A stretch of 63,673 nucleotides of DNA, counting the filler, from Reticulomyxa filosa (lineage: Eukaryota; Protista; Foraminifera), in the NCBI GenBank assembly GCA_000512085.1. It is 14 parts of 14 records of this genome, joined end to end, with 100 filler letters (N's around TTAATTAATTAA, not from the genome) between each part and the next. Parts side by side here need not be neighbours in the genome. Positions count along the whole stretch, not along the records: positions 10,493 to 23,318 come from ASPP01023615.1; positions 23,419 to 33,702 come from ASPP01029656.1; 12 more parts are not named here. The stretch is one strand, 5' to 3'. The notes under the pieces were generated by a model that did not search any database, was not told where the DNA came from, and saw only the letters and a list, made by a program, of their open reading frames with translations. Shown here piece by piece: positions 13,214 to 26,975 of this stretch. Within the stretch, counting starts at the first letter, position 1. The number at the start of each line of letters is the position of its first letter. A program made the position numbers and the translations under genes.

Positions 13214-14555
13214 TTCATTTAAACCTGCAAGGGATTTGATCCCATATTCATACATATTTCACATCAAATGAATCCTAGTGGTTTTGCCACTGTTTACTTT
13301 TTCAAAAAAAAAATATATTCCGGTTCGAGAAATTTCTAGAAATTTCTTGGTGAGTCATTAAAAAACTTCTAAATTTTCATCAACATAACAAAATTATTGA
13401 AACATACTATGTTTTTCATATATCATAAGTTAAATTATAGTTTATCAACATAAAAACATAAAATGGAATAAATATTATTCAAAACATAAGAAATTAATTG
13501 TTGATTCAAAAACAGCATTTAAAATATTTTTAAACTACACACATAATCTAACGTTTACGAAAAATCCAAATAAAAGAATTGAAATTGGTAACTTTTAACA
13601 CATGAAAAAGTATAAATTTTGCAAAAAATAGAAAAAAATTGACAACTTTTCATGCAGTATGTTGCAGAAAAAACTAAATATTTAAAACGACATCTTATGA
13701 AGATTATCGATTTTCTCCAAAAAACAAACAGTATGCAGACGAAAACGTGGAAAACAGATTGAAAACATTCACATTTGACAATTCCGAATGAAATTCAAAG
13801 GCAAATTTGACTGTCTAAAGATATATACAACGCCCAGTTGGCCAGCATAAAGGAAGTTTCAATGCTTTTCCAGCTAATGTAAAAAAATGTTTAATTTTAT
13901 CATTTGTGTCATCAATTGTTGTTTTTAATTAATTTTTTATTTACTATAACCAGCTAGGAGAAAGGGTTTGCTAATGGATGAGTAGAGACAGTAAATCATA
14001 AAGAGAATGTTAGTACATTAGAATGCAAAAGAAAAGTAGCTATAAGAGCTACAATGAAACATTAATAATAATGAAACATATGCTTTTATTGTTGTAAACT
14101 TCATATTTTTTATTTGCTTCAATGATCGAACAGCTTTTTGTCTTTATGCGCAATGTCTATCTTGGGTGGTACAGGCAAATTTGTTCGCAAGATTAGCGTC
14201 TTTGATGACTTGTGATCTAAAAAAAATTATTACAGCATGCAAATGGGTCATAATTGACTTAGTTTAATTTTCTCTTTTTTTCTGTTAATTTAGAAAATAA
14301 AGCCTTTTAACACATTTTAGTCAAAAGGGCTCCATATTTACCTTCATATCTCAACTTTTCGTAACAATACTTAGAAAAAAAGCATCAACATATCGTTGCT
14401 ACGAGAACAACGAAACCTGAAAATCGTATTTTTAAAAATGACTTTTTTTCTTTTCCAAACTTTAGACAGGGGCTCTATTCTGAATTAAAACAATGTTAGG
14501 TTTATTGACACAATACGAAATATTGGTTTGCTGTGATATTTAGAAAAAAAAAGAA

Positions 14556-16179
14556 ATGCCAGCCAATACAATACATTTATCACTCACCCTTTTTTCTTTT
14601 TGTTTTTTGAGTCTGTTTTGCACACCAACTGTAATTTACTGTACCGTTGTTTATTACCGGATGAGAAATAAGCCAGCCATCCGCTGTAGGCAGCCAACTT
14701 TAGCAATATTGTTTAACTTGTGGTCATGGTTGTATGCCCATGTGGCACATTCATACATGTTACTTTTATCTTTCAATTGGTCCGAAAAACAATGGAACCA
14801 GATTCAGTTAATTTTTTTTGTTGTATTGGTCCCTGTGACACTTATGCCCGTGTGTGGGTTCATTTTGCTGCGAGGATTTATGATAATGTTCGAAATGAAA
14901 TATACCGTGTATTCGTTGCGCGAAAAATGGAAATCTTACATTACAACCGATGTTGACAAAAACGCATCCTGGAACATACGATTTGCAAAGCAACTAACTT
15001 CATTGCCATGGATGCTGCGATATGTTGGAATGCCTTGGATTTTATTATGCATTGCCTTCAACACGTTTAATTTTTTTTTATAAAAAAAAAAAAGACTAAC
15101 AAAACGAAATGTAAAAAAAATATATTTTTTTAAAAAAAGAGGAATATGTTTGGCAGTCGGTTTAGATACATTTGCTTGGGCCCAACCGTTTGTATACAGT
15201 ATTTTTTGCTGTTGGGGTGCATTTTATCGTGCATAATCCCAAGGTATCGTGATTGGTTCGGAGTGCGACAAGAGTTGCTGTGTCTTTTGCACTTGGGATT
15301 ATGCTGTTGTGTTGTGTACGCAATAGTCGCTGTTGTATTTCGATCGAGCTTTATATCATTTTTCTTGTTCGGATTCAGTGTGTCATTAATTTGCCTTGCG
15401 ATATGCCTAAGAAGCACTGCAGCTGTGCTACAAACCTATTGTCCAGAGTCGGTGGGGTGGCACATTCAAAGTCCCATCTGCTGTTGCATGAAGCATTCGA
15501 CTGCCCATTCGCTGGCAGATCACACCAACTCGCAAATGCAATCCCCTTCCAAAGTAACTTTGGTATCCATTATCAAAAACTCCAAAGCTTTTGATTTATT
15601 CATGGAACATGTTCTATCTGGTCAGACCTAAAAAATTACTATTTGTCCATATTTGAGGAAAAATATATACATCAAAATAGTGATTAATTTGCGTATATGT
15701 TTGCAAAAAAAAAAAAAAAAAATTGATAAAGAATTTTCATCCGAACATTTGCTCTGCTATTTGGAATTGTGTCAATATCGCCAAAGTATAACGAAATTTG
15801 CGAGAAGCAAGGTACCGACCTGACGACACACCCAAAATACCGAGATGATGAACTGTTTGTTTTGGGTCCGGATATGCCTAGATCAATGATTGCATATGAC
15901 CAAGTAATGTCTCCTAAAGAAAAAGCTATCGCACTGATTAATAAATACATTCGCCCAAGTTCTCGTTATGAAATTAATATTTCATTTGAAATTCGCATGC
16001 AAATGCTCGCGTTACTACCGATACCTACACGTACTAGTACCTTATTGGATTCACTGGCAGCGCCTGACTATGTATTTTTGTTTGATCAAGTGCTTAAAGA
16101 GTTGTTGGGTGTGATGAGAGATAGTTATTTTCGTTTTGTTCGCAGTGATGCTTATCAGTGTGTTGCTGATATTATATAG
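14556..16179 (+). CDS. 7TM-RGS protein (multi-pass N-terminus fused to an RGS domain), three exons
   Basis: About seven hydrophobic segments, then RGS motifs IIKNSKAFDLFMEHVLS|EFSSEHLLCYLEL, KAIALINKYIRPSSRYEINIS and LFDQVLKELLGVMRDSYFRFVRS. One probable homopolymer frameshift near 15785. Confidence 0.85.
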
Positions 16180-18851
16180 ATTACACCGATATTTATTTCT
16201 TTACAACACTTCAAAAGAATATCAGTCTTTTTAAAACTGTTGCGAAAAGATCAAAATCAGAATTTTTTTCCCTTACGTATCACAAAAAGGAAAAATTTAG
16301 AGAATTGTGTTTTCATGCATGTTTACAACAGACATTGCAATGAAGAAGACACAGCAACGTTTTTGAGAAAAATGAAAAATTGAAAACGATGCGTTCTTAA
16401 ACTTAAAATCTCGAATTACAGTACATTGAACAGAAAAAAATTAAATAGACGAAAAAATCACGTGAAACTGCGTGTATCTGTAATTAATGTTTGTTTTCTT
16501 TTTTACGTGAATGCTGAGAAGTCGGTGTCCGAGTTACCATCAAGTTTGTAATCTTTTCAATACAAAAGAGTCTTTATGTTTATTCAAATGAATAATATTA
16601 CTGCCGAATATACAATTAACAATTACACCATATTCAGCTTGATCCCACGATCCTAGTGATACGTTGGAAGCGAATTTCATAGTTGTAAGCTACTATGTGG
16701 CCAGCACGGTTTTAGTTTATGCTATATTCGAATTATATCTTCAATTGGTAATGTTCATCAGTGCTCGGTGGTAAAATTACCAATTATGTAATAGCAAGTT
16801 CAACGCAAGTACAATCGACAGCAAAAAAGGTGCGATTTTACTCGTGAAAAATCAACATTTTTTTGAAATTCTTTAAAATATAATATATGAGTTGTGAAGA
16901 ATCCAAAAATATGTTTGATTTTTAGATATTTTGAGAACAATTAAAAAAATTGTAATTTTTATAGTTTTTTTGAAATTTAGGAAAAAAGATCTCCAGTCAT
17001 CAAAATTTGCACATTTTTTTTTTGTAAACTTGAGAAGATGGTAATATGCCCAAAAAATTTATTTCCATGTTATGCAACTTTTGGGATAATATTATTTCTT
17101 TGTTTGATATGCCAAAAAACAACTATTTCCATAGAAACAGAGTATTTGTGTACAATTTTCAATCAAATAAAATGCAAAAGCTCTATAACGTAGAAATTGA
17201 TTTTTTTAGACGCAAATATAATATAAAAATTTTAAATAACACATACAGATACAAACACAAACGTGACACGAACTTATTTAAGCGTCCACGTGTCGAGTAC
17301 TTTCTGAAAATGCTTAAAATGTTGACAAATTTAATGATTATGAGACACATACAACTGCTGATTTCTTTTCAAAAGTTTATAAAAATAAATAATATTAATT
17401 TTTTAAAAATTGAGAAAGATGAAATTTTTTGTTGTAGTGGCTTCAAACTTTTTGCGTTTGTAGCCCCCTTTATAGTGTTTTCTTTTTTCTTCCACTGGTT
17501 TTTTTACGCAAAAAGTATTGTCACAAATGAAATACTTTTACACGTCGAATTTCCAAGTGACCAGGTTTGAAAAGATTTTGTTTTGTTGTGTTTTTTGGAT
17601 GACAAAAAACGTTTGATCTTGAAAATTGTCACTTTATGACAACGTTCAATTGTGAAAAAAAATTTTGTAGATGCTTTCTGATTTTTTGGGATCAAATTTT
17701 CATCCGACTTTGCGTGTGCGTAATTTTTCGAAATTTTGTTTGTGCTTGTTTTAAATTATTTATTGTTACAGGACAAATTCGCATGAAAGATTTACACAAA
17801 AGATATCGAAATAAGAAAAAAATAAGAACAATCTTTCAATTTAATTTTTTCCAATTGATGTTATCGGCTCAAAAATACTTTTAAAATTGTAGCGTTTGCA
17901 AATTTGTACATTTGTTACGGGAAAATCTTAAAACTAATTGACTTTTTCAGTACAAAACTTAAAAATCGTTTACAACAAGAACCTTAAATTCAAAGGGGTT
18001 ACAAGTCGATTAAATATTTTGTTGGTGATATTGTGCAAATAAGTAGTATATAACATGACCATTTTATGCGATGTCACTAAAATTCCGCGTTATTACCTTA
18101 ATAGACAATTTTTCTTTAAAGTAAACCCTACGTTGCCTACCGTTTGCTTTCCAAAATTTTAATACGTGTTCAAACTACTTAGTTGTCGATTTGACACGTA
18201 ATTATCTATAATTTTGACTTGAAACGAACAAGTAACAGTTTTTCCAATATTTTCATGTCACAATATTACTATTTTAAATTATGATAGCTTTTCATTGTGT
18301 AAGCTGCGTTTCTGTATTTTTTTAATTGAAGATCTCATATTAGTACGACAACAAATATAAAATGTGTCATACATGTGCTTAGTTTTGAACATGTATATAT
18401 TATTTACAATTTATCATTTTAATAACGAAATTTAAATTTTAAATTGTGATTTAGCAAGTAATAAGTAATATATATCCGAAAACTTGGAAACAACTTTATC
18501 TGAAATATTAACATTTTCGTGCACATCAATAACACTTTTTTAAAAAAGCGATAATAAACTTTTAATATATTTATGTGTAGTTAGTTATTTAATGACTTTT
18601 AAAAAATATTTTAGAGATTTTTTCGTTTTTGTGGATGTTTCATTGGGAACAAAGAATTTTTGACAAATTTTTCAAAGTGATGAAGTATTTCGCATTTGCG
18701 AGAAGGTAGAATAGAATTAGGTTTGGAAAATAAGCTATCTGTTAAAACAAACTAAGGTACCAACCAAATCTATTGAAGAGAAAATGAATGGAAAAAAGAA
18801 TTTGCAAATTGAAGAGCAACGATACGGAAGAACTCGAAAACGTCAAAAAAA

Positions 18852-20462
18852 TTAATTTTTTGGACGACTGTATGCAAACGAACCCAAAATGACAACAATA
18901 ACTCCTACGATTCCCTGTAAAGTGACAGGATTACGAAAGATTAATAAGGCAATGACAGTTTGAGCAGCTGCTTTAGCAGTGCCAGAAACATTATGAGATA
19001 AAGGGCTAGTGAATTTGATCTGCAAATATGAAGCAAAATTGATCAAATATCCGACAATTCCAGCCACAACTGTCAAGGTCCAAAAGACGGTGGTTCGAAA
19101 CACTTCTTTGCTCAGTCGAATTTCATTGACCTCATCCTTTTTTTTTTTAACTTGCATGTTTTTTCTCGCGTGCAATATAAAGAAAAGTTCACTGCCCTCA
19201 TAGATAAAAAGTGGAACCAAACTGTAAAAAACAAAATGATTGGAAACAGTATAATTATAGCATTGATGTTATTATAAAGCATCAATTTTTCAGAATTCTC
19301 ACCAACGAGAGGCAAGATTTTTTTTACATAAATGGAATTTAATGCAACAAATGCAGATGACAGCACACCAAAAACGACACCCTTTGAAAAACAAAACAAA
19401 AAATTAAATAATATGATAACATAGCAATATAACATTTATACATGTATGTGTATATAACATATAAACTTAACAATAATACTGAAGTGTACTTCACCATCAC
19501 AACCCATCAAATATCCAATGATGATCACAGCGCAGCACATAATAGAATTTCGATCTGTCTCCTTACCTAACAGCGTGTATGTGAACAATACATTGAATAC
19601 GATTGTCAGCGAGCGCGCCACTTGGTAGAACGACACTTCCACATATTTCAGACACAGGTTGTTGAACACGATCATTCCTAAAAACACCAATGTCAGCGGC
19701 AACACCTTTTGGGCGACTTCTATCTGTTTTATTGTGCAATTAATCCATCCATTTATTTATTTTTTTGCAATAACGCTCCCTTTTCCTTTTTTTTTTTTTA
19801 AAAAAAAAATTATTATCCCAACCTTGTATTCAAACGGTGGAAAAAATGCAAACGGTTTGAAATACTTGCCAATCGCGCCCAGTGCTGTGCAGCTTGTCAA
19901 AAGTTCAAATTTTTTAAATTTGTTTTTTTTTTAAATAAAAAAAAGGGACAACACAAAAGACACACGTTCAATTGAGGCTTCAACAACAAAGAATACATTT
20001 GAGAAGGGGGGGAGGGGGAGGAGAGGAAAAAAATGTAATGTTAATCAAACGTTACCAGAACACTGTGATCAGGAATTGCGTCCAGCTCATGAACAATGGG
20101 GCGTCCAAGTTCGTCACATCTCCAACCATCACTACTTTATTGAGAAATACTAACGATAGTGACGTTACCCTTTTTTGGAGAAAACACATTCGAGCATGCT
20201 TGATTATGACTTATGAGACACTTGACAAAAAAGAAATATTTTTTTTCCAATACCAATAGAACGCGACTGCAAACACTGCGTTTCTCTGTTTGGAAGCGTC
20301 GGGTTCGGGCAAAATCTCTTTTTTTTGCTGTGAGACAAAGCCCAGCTCTTCTTCGTCGTCATTCGACTCATGGCCCTTCTCACTTTCAAAAGTTATTCTT
20401 ACTTCCTCCATCGTATTATCCACATCTTGTGTGATGTCGTCAGTTCGTTTTGGATGCGCCAT
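18852..20462 (-). CDS. SLC35C1: GDP-fucose transporter-like nucleotide-sugar transporter (SLC35C1 family), multi-exon
   Basis: Motifs MIVFNNLCLKYVEVSFYQVARSLTIVFNV, LQIKFTSPLSHNVSGTAKAAAQT and APLFMSWTQ. Confidence 0.88.
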
Positions 20463-20876
20463 GTGAAATAATCAAGTGTTTTTTTTTTCCTCTTCTTGCT
20501 TGGCCCCCTTGTTCTTTGAGTAAAAAATGAAACATATGCCCGCCAAGACGTGTCCAGCAAGTTTAAAAAAGTTCCAAGACTGTCAATTTTCGATTAGTCA
20601 TACGCTTTTATGACAGTGCAAAAAGTGATGAAGTTGGTAAAAAAGAGATGAAATAGTCTTTTGTCATATTAAACATTTGCGTGCCGAGAAGAAGAAAAGT
20701 AGCTCATTTTGAAACAAATCGAGAAGTAAGATTAATAAAAGTGTTGCAATGTGCATGTTTAAATGTGTTCACAGCAAATTGCAGTTCGTCAATGTTTTAT
20801 TGTTGTCTAACCCTTGCACGGAGTGAGTGAACTTTCCAGACCCCTTTTTTTTATTAAAAAAAACCATAATTCTGTG

Positions 20877-22814
20877 ATGGATTCATTGCTACTTTGGTTT
20901 CTAGGAGTAAGCTTTATTCAGCATGGTCTTGGTGCATTTACTCCAAGTAAAACACGTCTGCCTCTATCAATTTCAAATCATATTGCCGGAGCGTGAGCGA
21001 AAAACTGCTAATAGCTGGAGGAGTTATCGGCCCAAATGGTGAGTAAATTAGAGAAAGGAGAGTTTTTTTTTTCTTTTTTTTTGCAGAGCAAAAATTAGGT
21101 GGGGAGGGGTAAGAAAGGCGGACAAACGTGCAAAAAATGGGTTTGATTGAAATAATCCAGAGACAATACCAATGAATTCGACATATTCTTTGGACCTAAG
21201 TACAATTTCGAGTGGAAATAGTGCCGACCCAGGTGTATTAATATGGACAGCGACACCATTGGACGAATCAAGTCCAATGGCCGGTCAAAGTTTTTACGGT
21301 CAAGTATCCACCACAATTGGCGATGTGGTGTATGTGTTCCTTGAAGTTCCTGGACATTGTTGAGTTTTTTTTTTTTTTTTTTTTTTTTTTGTTGCCCCCT
21401 TTTTATATACATATACATATATAAAGTTCATAACATGTTGAGGGGGTCTTTTTAATATGTTCACTGAATATAATTAGTCTTGATTTACAATGCCAGCATG
21501 CCGATTGTAACATGGACGCAATCGATCTCGTGGAGGGATAACGTGACGAATATTGCGAATCTCACAGGCCCATGTGTTGCTTATAATAGCGCTCGCAATG
21601 TAATTAATGTGTTTGGAGTAGACGGCACTAACTCCTTTCTCTTGGAATATAACCCGGATACAAACTTGTGGAATAGTTCGAGTGCAGAGTTGTCGGGTAT
21701 GTATGTATGTATGTATGTATGTGTGTTTTTAAATGTTTAATATGAACATACGTGCGATGGAAAAATAATGAATTGGCCAGACACTGTGCTGGAATTTTCG
21801 CAATGCGTAATTTATAACGATCAGGTCTTTATATTTGGTGGTAGGTCACTGGAAGGTATTGCGACCAATTCTGTATATCATTACAAGCATACATGGACCA
21901 GAATAGATGAAGAATTAATAAAAGTTTATTATTGACCTCAGTTTTTTTTGTTCTTGTGTATGTGCATATATGCATATATGCATATACATATATACATATG
22001 CACATACAATGTTGACGATTAAGTTGGTTTGGATACATAGCTGCCTCGTTATATGGGTCAAGCTATAGTAATTGACAACTATGCACTGCTGTTGGGCGGA
22101 CAAAGTGATTATGAAGGCCATTCTTTGGCAAGCACGGAGGTGTATGACTTGACTTTGTTCTCAGGTCTAGGATTCGCCTCGTCAATGTTTCGATCGCGCA
22201 CTATGTTTGCTGCCGCTTATCATGCCACGAAAAAAATCTTGTTTGTTATGGGAGGCCTTGATCAATCTTCTAGTCAATCGACATGGGAATATTTGGACTT
22301 TCGACAAACCACTGTGGATGAATACTTTATTCCAGGTGCGCTCATATATATATATATATATATAATATGTATATATTATATAAACCCTTTTTAAATTTAT
22401 TATATGAATTGGGGGGGGGGGGAAACAAAAAAAAAAAAAAAAAGTGGATTTGGCGCCAACACTATATTTATACGACGCAGTGGATTTGGATGGAAGTTTG
22501 GCATCTTACAAGCCAGCAACAGTATAACCACCGATGATTTGCAGGAGGCATATCAAATTGCGAGTCTGTATACGAACAGCTCGATAGTACTTCTCTCCAG
22601 TATAATGATTCATAACGAAAACGAGCTTGAATTGAAGATCAACGATAGTACCATCACGATTACGTGTCACGACACACTCCCATCCGGACATTGCACGGTG
22701 CATCTCGGACATGGTAGTTTTTTGTCTTTGCAACTGCTTGATGTCAACGATGTCGCGGTTGTAGTATCAGGTTCGTTCAATAATATTATTTCCAGCATAG
22801 ATTTTTGTTTTTGA

Positions 22815-22847
<33 letters not shown>

Positions 22848-23318
22848 GAATATATATATATATATATAAATTTGCTTTATCTTACACTTTATACAATATT
22901 GTATATGTGGTCTTATTCGAAGGATTACGTATTGTGGTTCGTTGGGATGGGATGATGTATCGCTTCTTGGCATCGCAACTCCCCTTGCAGACGTCTCTTG
23001 AGGTATTGTTGAAGGATTTGCAACTGGTGTTGCTGACGGAAGATGACAGCCCGATAATATACCACAATACATCCTTTGGCTCTCGAGCCGTGTTGAAGTT
23101 GCATGACCTCTATGTGAATGGCACCACGGTGGGCTTTAATCCCTTTGGCTTTGTCAACGGAGACGTCGAAATCGTTAATGTGATGATCAACGCGCTCAAG
23201 TCATTTGACAACTCTCTCGCCATACTGCGCTTGCAAAACGGCCACGTGGTCATCCGACACCTGAACATCAACAACACAATCTCCTCTTCCGAAATCTTTG
23301 CCGGTTTCACTCTGTGGC
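20877..23318 (+). CDS. Secreted or surface protein with Kelch-like repeats followed by a beta-rich region; 3' end cut by the contig edge
   Basis: Signal-peptide-like MDSLLLWFLGVSFIQHGLG; Kelch-type segments LLIAGG, LYLVGG, ALLLGG..EVYD and LFVMGG..WEY across GT-AG exons. Confidence 0.65.
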
Positions 23319-23499
23319 NNNNNNNNNNNNNNNNNNNNNNNNNNNNNNNNNNNNNNNNNNNNTTAATTAATTAANNNNNNNNNNNNNNNNNNNNNNNNNN
23401 NNNNNNNNNNNNNNNNNNCGCATTGTTTTTTTTTTTTTTTTTTTTTACTTACCCTTCTCCCCTTCTTCTTTCTTCCAACATTTTGTAAAAAAAAAAAGA

Positions 23500-24587
23500 T
23501 ATGAGGAACTTGCCCACGAATGAGACACTAAGCAACGCAGTAATATCGGCACTGCGGTCACAAAACCGACGAAAAAGAAAGTCGAGACGTATTCAAGTCA
23601 CGGTAAATGAAGTGCGAACTGATGTCAACGTTGGGAAGAGTCCCTCTGGGCAAGACACTGCGTTCTTATTTGAAGGAGATGATTTCTTCTTCGATGAATA
23701 TGAACAAAATACTTTACCTCCTCATCCTGTTAATTGAACATACTCATACAACCAAACAAAGAAACAGATATATGTATATGTATATCTTAAAAAAAAAAAA
23801 AAAAAAAAAATTGGTGCAAGGAAGAAATGGATGCAATACAAAGGTGATTGTTGTATGTTGTCAAGGAGGAACCTATAACACAGCCGGACGATGTAGAAGA
23901 GGAAAGCAAGACCAATGAGGACGTCCTTGAAACCAACGTTCAGTGGGAATATCCAAGTTGCAAAGATCTGTGTCAACAATTGATGGATTCTCTGACTGGT
24001 TGCAGCAATTTGCCTACACTTACATCACTGGTACGTAGATATAGTGGTACGGATCATATGCGCTCCGAATATGCCAAATCCTTGGAAGCTAGTTTGCTGG
24101 CTAACCTTAATGAGAATAATCAAAGCAGTCCTGTTCCACCTACTGGTGATGATGCTGCACTTGACACTGACACAAAGACGAAAAATACAAATTACAAAAA
24201 AAACTTCTTTAATATTGCTTTGCTATTGGAACCACCCCTGACCAAACAGGCCATGAATAGTATGTCCAATGCTTCCATTTTGAATCATGGTCATCCTAAA
24301 AAAACCACTGCTGCACAGAACCTTAAGCAGCACAAGCGAGTTCCAACAGAAGACATCCGAGGTCTCATTTTTTTTTTTTTTACCTCTTTATTGCACCAAA
24401 AGAAAAAACAAATAACAAATATTCAAAAGATGGCGGAAATATGTACTGTGGCCTGTGTCTCGAAAAGTATTTTCAAAATGATCTAGTGATTGAAGTTTCC
24501 ATGTGCAAACATTATTTTCATCAAGAGTGTTTATTGGGTTGGTTTGCTCGTCATAACGAATGCCCTGTTTGCAAAATCAAAGTGTAA
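23500..24587 (+). CDS. RING-H2 E3 ubiquitin ligase, 3' part
   Basis: The last exon (about 24430-24587, missed by the ORF track) reads CGLCLEKY..CKHYFHQECLLGWFARHNECPVCK*, a C3H2C3 RING. Confidence 0.85.
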
Positions 24588-24811
24588 AAAATTAAAAAAA
24601 CAACTAGTTCATTTTTTTTTTACATGTTAAAGTTTCGCAAAGTTAGTTGTTAACGTCTTCCTAATTTCTATGGTTCTTGGATTATGAAAGTAAAAAAAAG
24701 GGGTCCACAAAAAATTGGTTGATGACAGTAAAAAAGTGTTCAACTAAAAGCACTCTCAAATATGATCTGCAAAATGAAAAAGGCAAAGAGTTGTAATTAG
24801 TGAAATGAATT

Positions 24812-26064
24812 TTAAAGAAACACTCGATGAATATGTGTGGCAGAAATAGCCCTTGAACACATAGGACATGAGGGACGCCTCGATTGCTTGATTACACGAG
24901 ATATGCACTCCCAACAATACACATGTCCACATAAGGTACTTGTTGGTCGATGCATATTAGACTGGCAGACAGGGCATCTGTGTACATAACGTCTTAAAAT
25001 GTCATGCAATTCTTGTGTGGTGTCATTGTCCAGCAATTTCTAGGAACCAAAAAATGTAACAATCAAATATAATGCATATCCGCAAGCAAATTTGTGTTGT
25101 GATGATTGCAATTTGCAAGGGAAAAAGAAAAGAGAAATATACGAAACAGTGAGAAAAGCTTTGTTCATTTCATGATTTGAAGTAGTTGGACGTTTGTTTT
25201 TATCGCTGTAATCTTCTATTAGTTCGACACTGTCTGTGTCACTGTCACAAAGATTTTGAGCACTGGATGATGATACCGAGGGCATATCTATGGAAATGGT
25301 CGGACGCCAATGTTTGACAGTTCGTGGTACCATAAATGGGAACATATGATACAATCCGTTTTGGTTACTCAGAGAATTACTTTGGTTCTGATTGCCAGAA
25401 TTTCGATGGTTATTGTATAAGTTGTTGTGATTCTGATTTGGGTTGCTGTTTTGCTTTTCTTCATTATCACCGTCATTATCATTATCATCGTCATCATTAT
25501 CATCATCATCATCATTATCATCGTCATCATCAGAGTCGCTATTTTCCACTAAATCAATCATTGGAATATTGTTTGTATTCTCTGGCTGTCTTCTCGCTTC
25601 TTCAATCGAAGTGCTATTTCCAGTTGTTGCTTTTCTGTTGTTGATGTACTCGTCCTTGTTGTCTCTGTGTTTTCAGTACGTTTTTCTTCCGATTTGCTGT
25701 TTTTTTGTTCGTTTGTACTTTCTACAGTTTCCAAAAATGCTTCTAATGGTCCTATTACTCTCTTTTCGGTTCTTTCTGAGTCATCACTTTCGGAAAGCTC
25801 GATGTCAGTGTCCTTGTTTTCTCTGTTATTTCAAACACAACAAGATAATATTTAAATGCTTTTGAATCTAAAATCAAACATATTCTGAACGATTTGTTGA
25901 TGTCCAATTTATTCATGATGTTGGTATTGTATTTTATTTATTTCAATAAAAAAGGCCCCTTCTATGACTGAACGTTTGCTGTTCACAGCATCAGAACTGT
26001 CCGGTTTTCTTGCGTTCAATCTGGATTCACAAACAAATTGTTTTATGGAACAACTTTGAGCCAT
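24812..26064 (-). CDS. RING-HC E3 ligase with SIM-like motifs (RNF4/Slx8-like SUMO-targeted ligase candidate); start uncertain
   Basis: C-terminal CPVC..STLCGHVYCWECI..CPMCSRAISATHIHRVFL*; upstream IDLVENSDSDDD and VELIEDYSD in a low-complexity acidic region. Confidence 0.72.
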
Positions 26065-26517
26065 CTGAAGAGAAATGGGCTCTATTTATAAATATGTCCA
26101 TCAAATATAAAAAATCTCGTCCGAATGTATATTCCATATTTTAATAGTCTTACTACCAGAACAAAAAACAACTTGGAGTTATCTGGATAAAATTGAACTT
26201 TTCACCAAATTTGCTTACGTTTTGAAAATGTATAATAAAAAGTCGAGAAAGAGAATTTTTTCTAACGGCAAACTTATATGCCATTTATTTACTGCTTGTA
26301 GTAAATTAACCGAATGGCTTTTTAATTGTGAAAAAAATTTTGCTAACTTTCTTGTTCACAAGTTGTGGAAAAAACAATGAAATTTTTTGAAATGTGTTTG
26401 AAGTCAAGGCACTTGACATTGGCCGTTAACTGAGTTGTTAATGTTGAATCTATTATTACGTAGGTTTAAAAAGGAATTTGCAATAAAATGTTTTCTAATG
26501 AACAACAATGACAAGTT

Positions 26518-26975
26518 TTATTTTTGTTGATTGTTTTCACCCAACGCATTGTTTTCTGGACTTGTTGAAGCAGCTGCCTTGACACGCCACACTGGTTTGT
26601 TTTCTCGATTTGTTTGGTAGTGAGAATGTGAAGAAGATGGAGCAGTCATCCGTTGTGACAATTGTTTGGAGGCATGTTGTGCATCATGCAAATATTGCGA
26701 ATCGGATTCTTTACTAAGAATAGATGATTCTTTGGAGGAGTGATGAAAAGTATCGATCAAATGACAAACATCTTCCGCGATCTGCGGTCTTAATCTTTCA
26801 CGATTGGCGGTGGTAAGTTCGTATACCTTGCTGTCGGTACGGACTTTGATTTTTTCAACAAGTGAAAGAACATGCTTGTTGGGAATGGTCGCAATTATTA
26901 ATGTAGTTGGATCATCAATCAACTCTTGAACTTTTCTTTCAAATTGTTTACTAAACAATTCCATTTTGCCAATTT
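26518..26975 (-). pseudogene. C-terminal half of an NTPCR/THEP1-type nucleoside triphosphatase; no 5' exon found
   Basis: IGKMELFSKQF..IIATIP..VEKIK..VYELTTANRE matches the NTPase_1 C-terminal half. No Walker A region is visible upstream. Confidence 0.6.

Noticed and set aside
16720-16765. CTGATGA on the minus strand as a hammerhead ribozyme core
   Set aside because: No stem II followed by GAAA at the required spacing.
17046-17884. ORFs of 174 and 82 aa in the intergenic region
   Set aside because: F/I/K/N-rich chance frames in very AT-rich DNA with no recognisable motifs.
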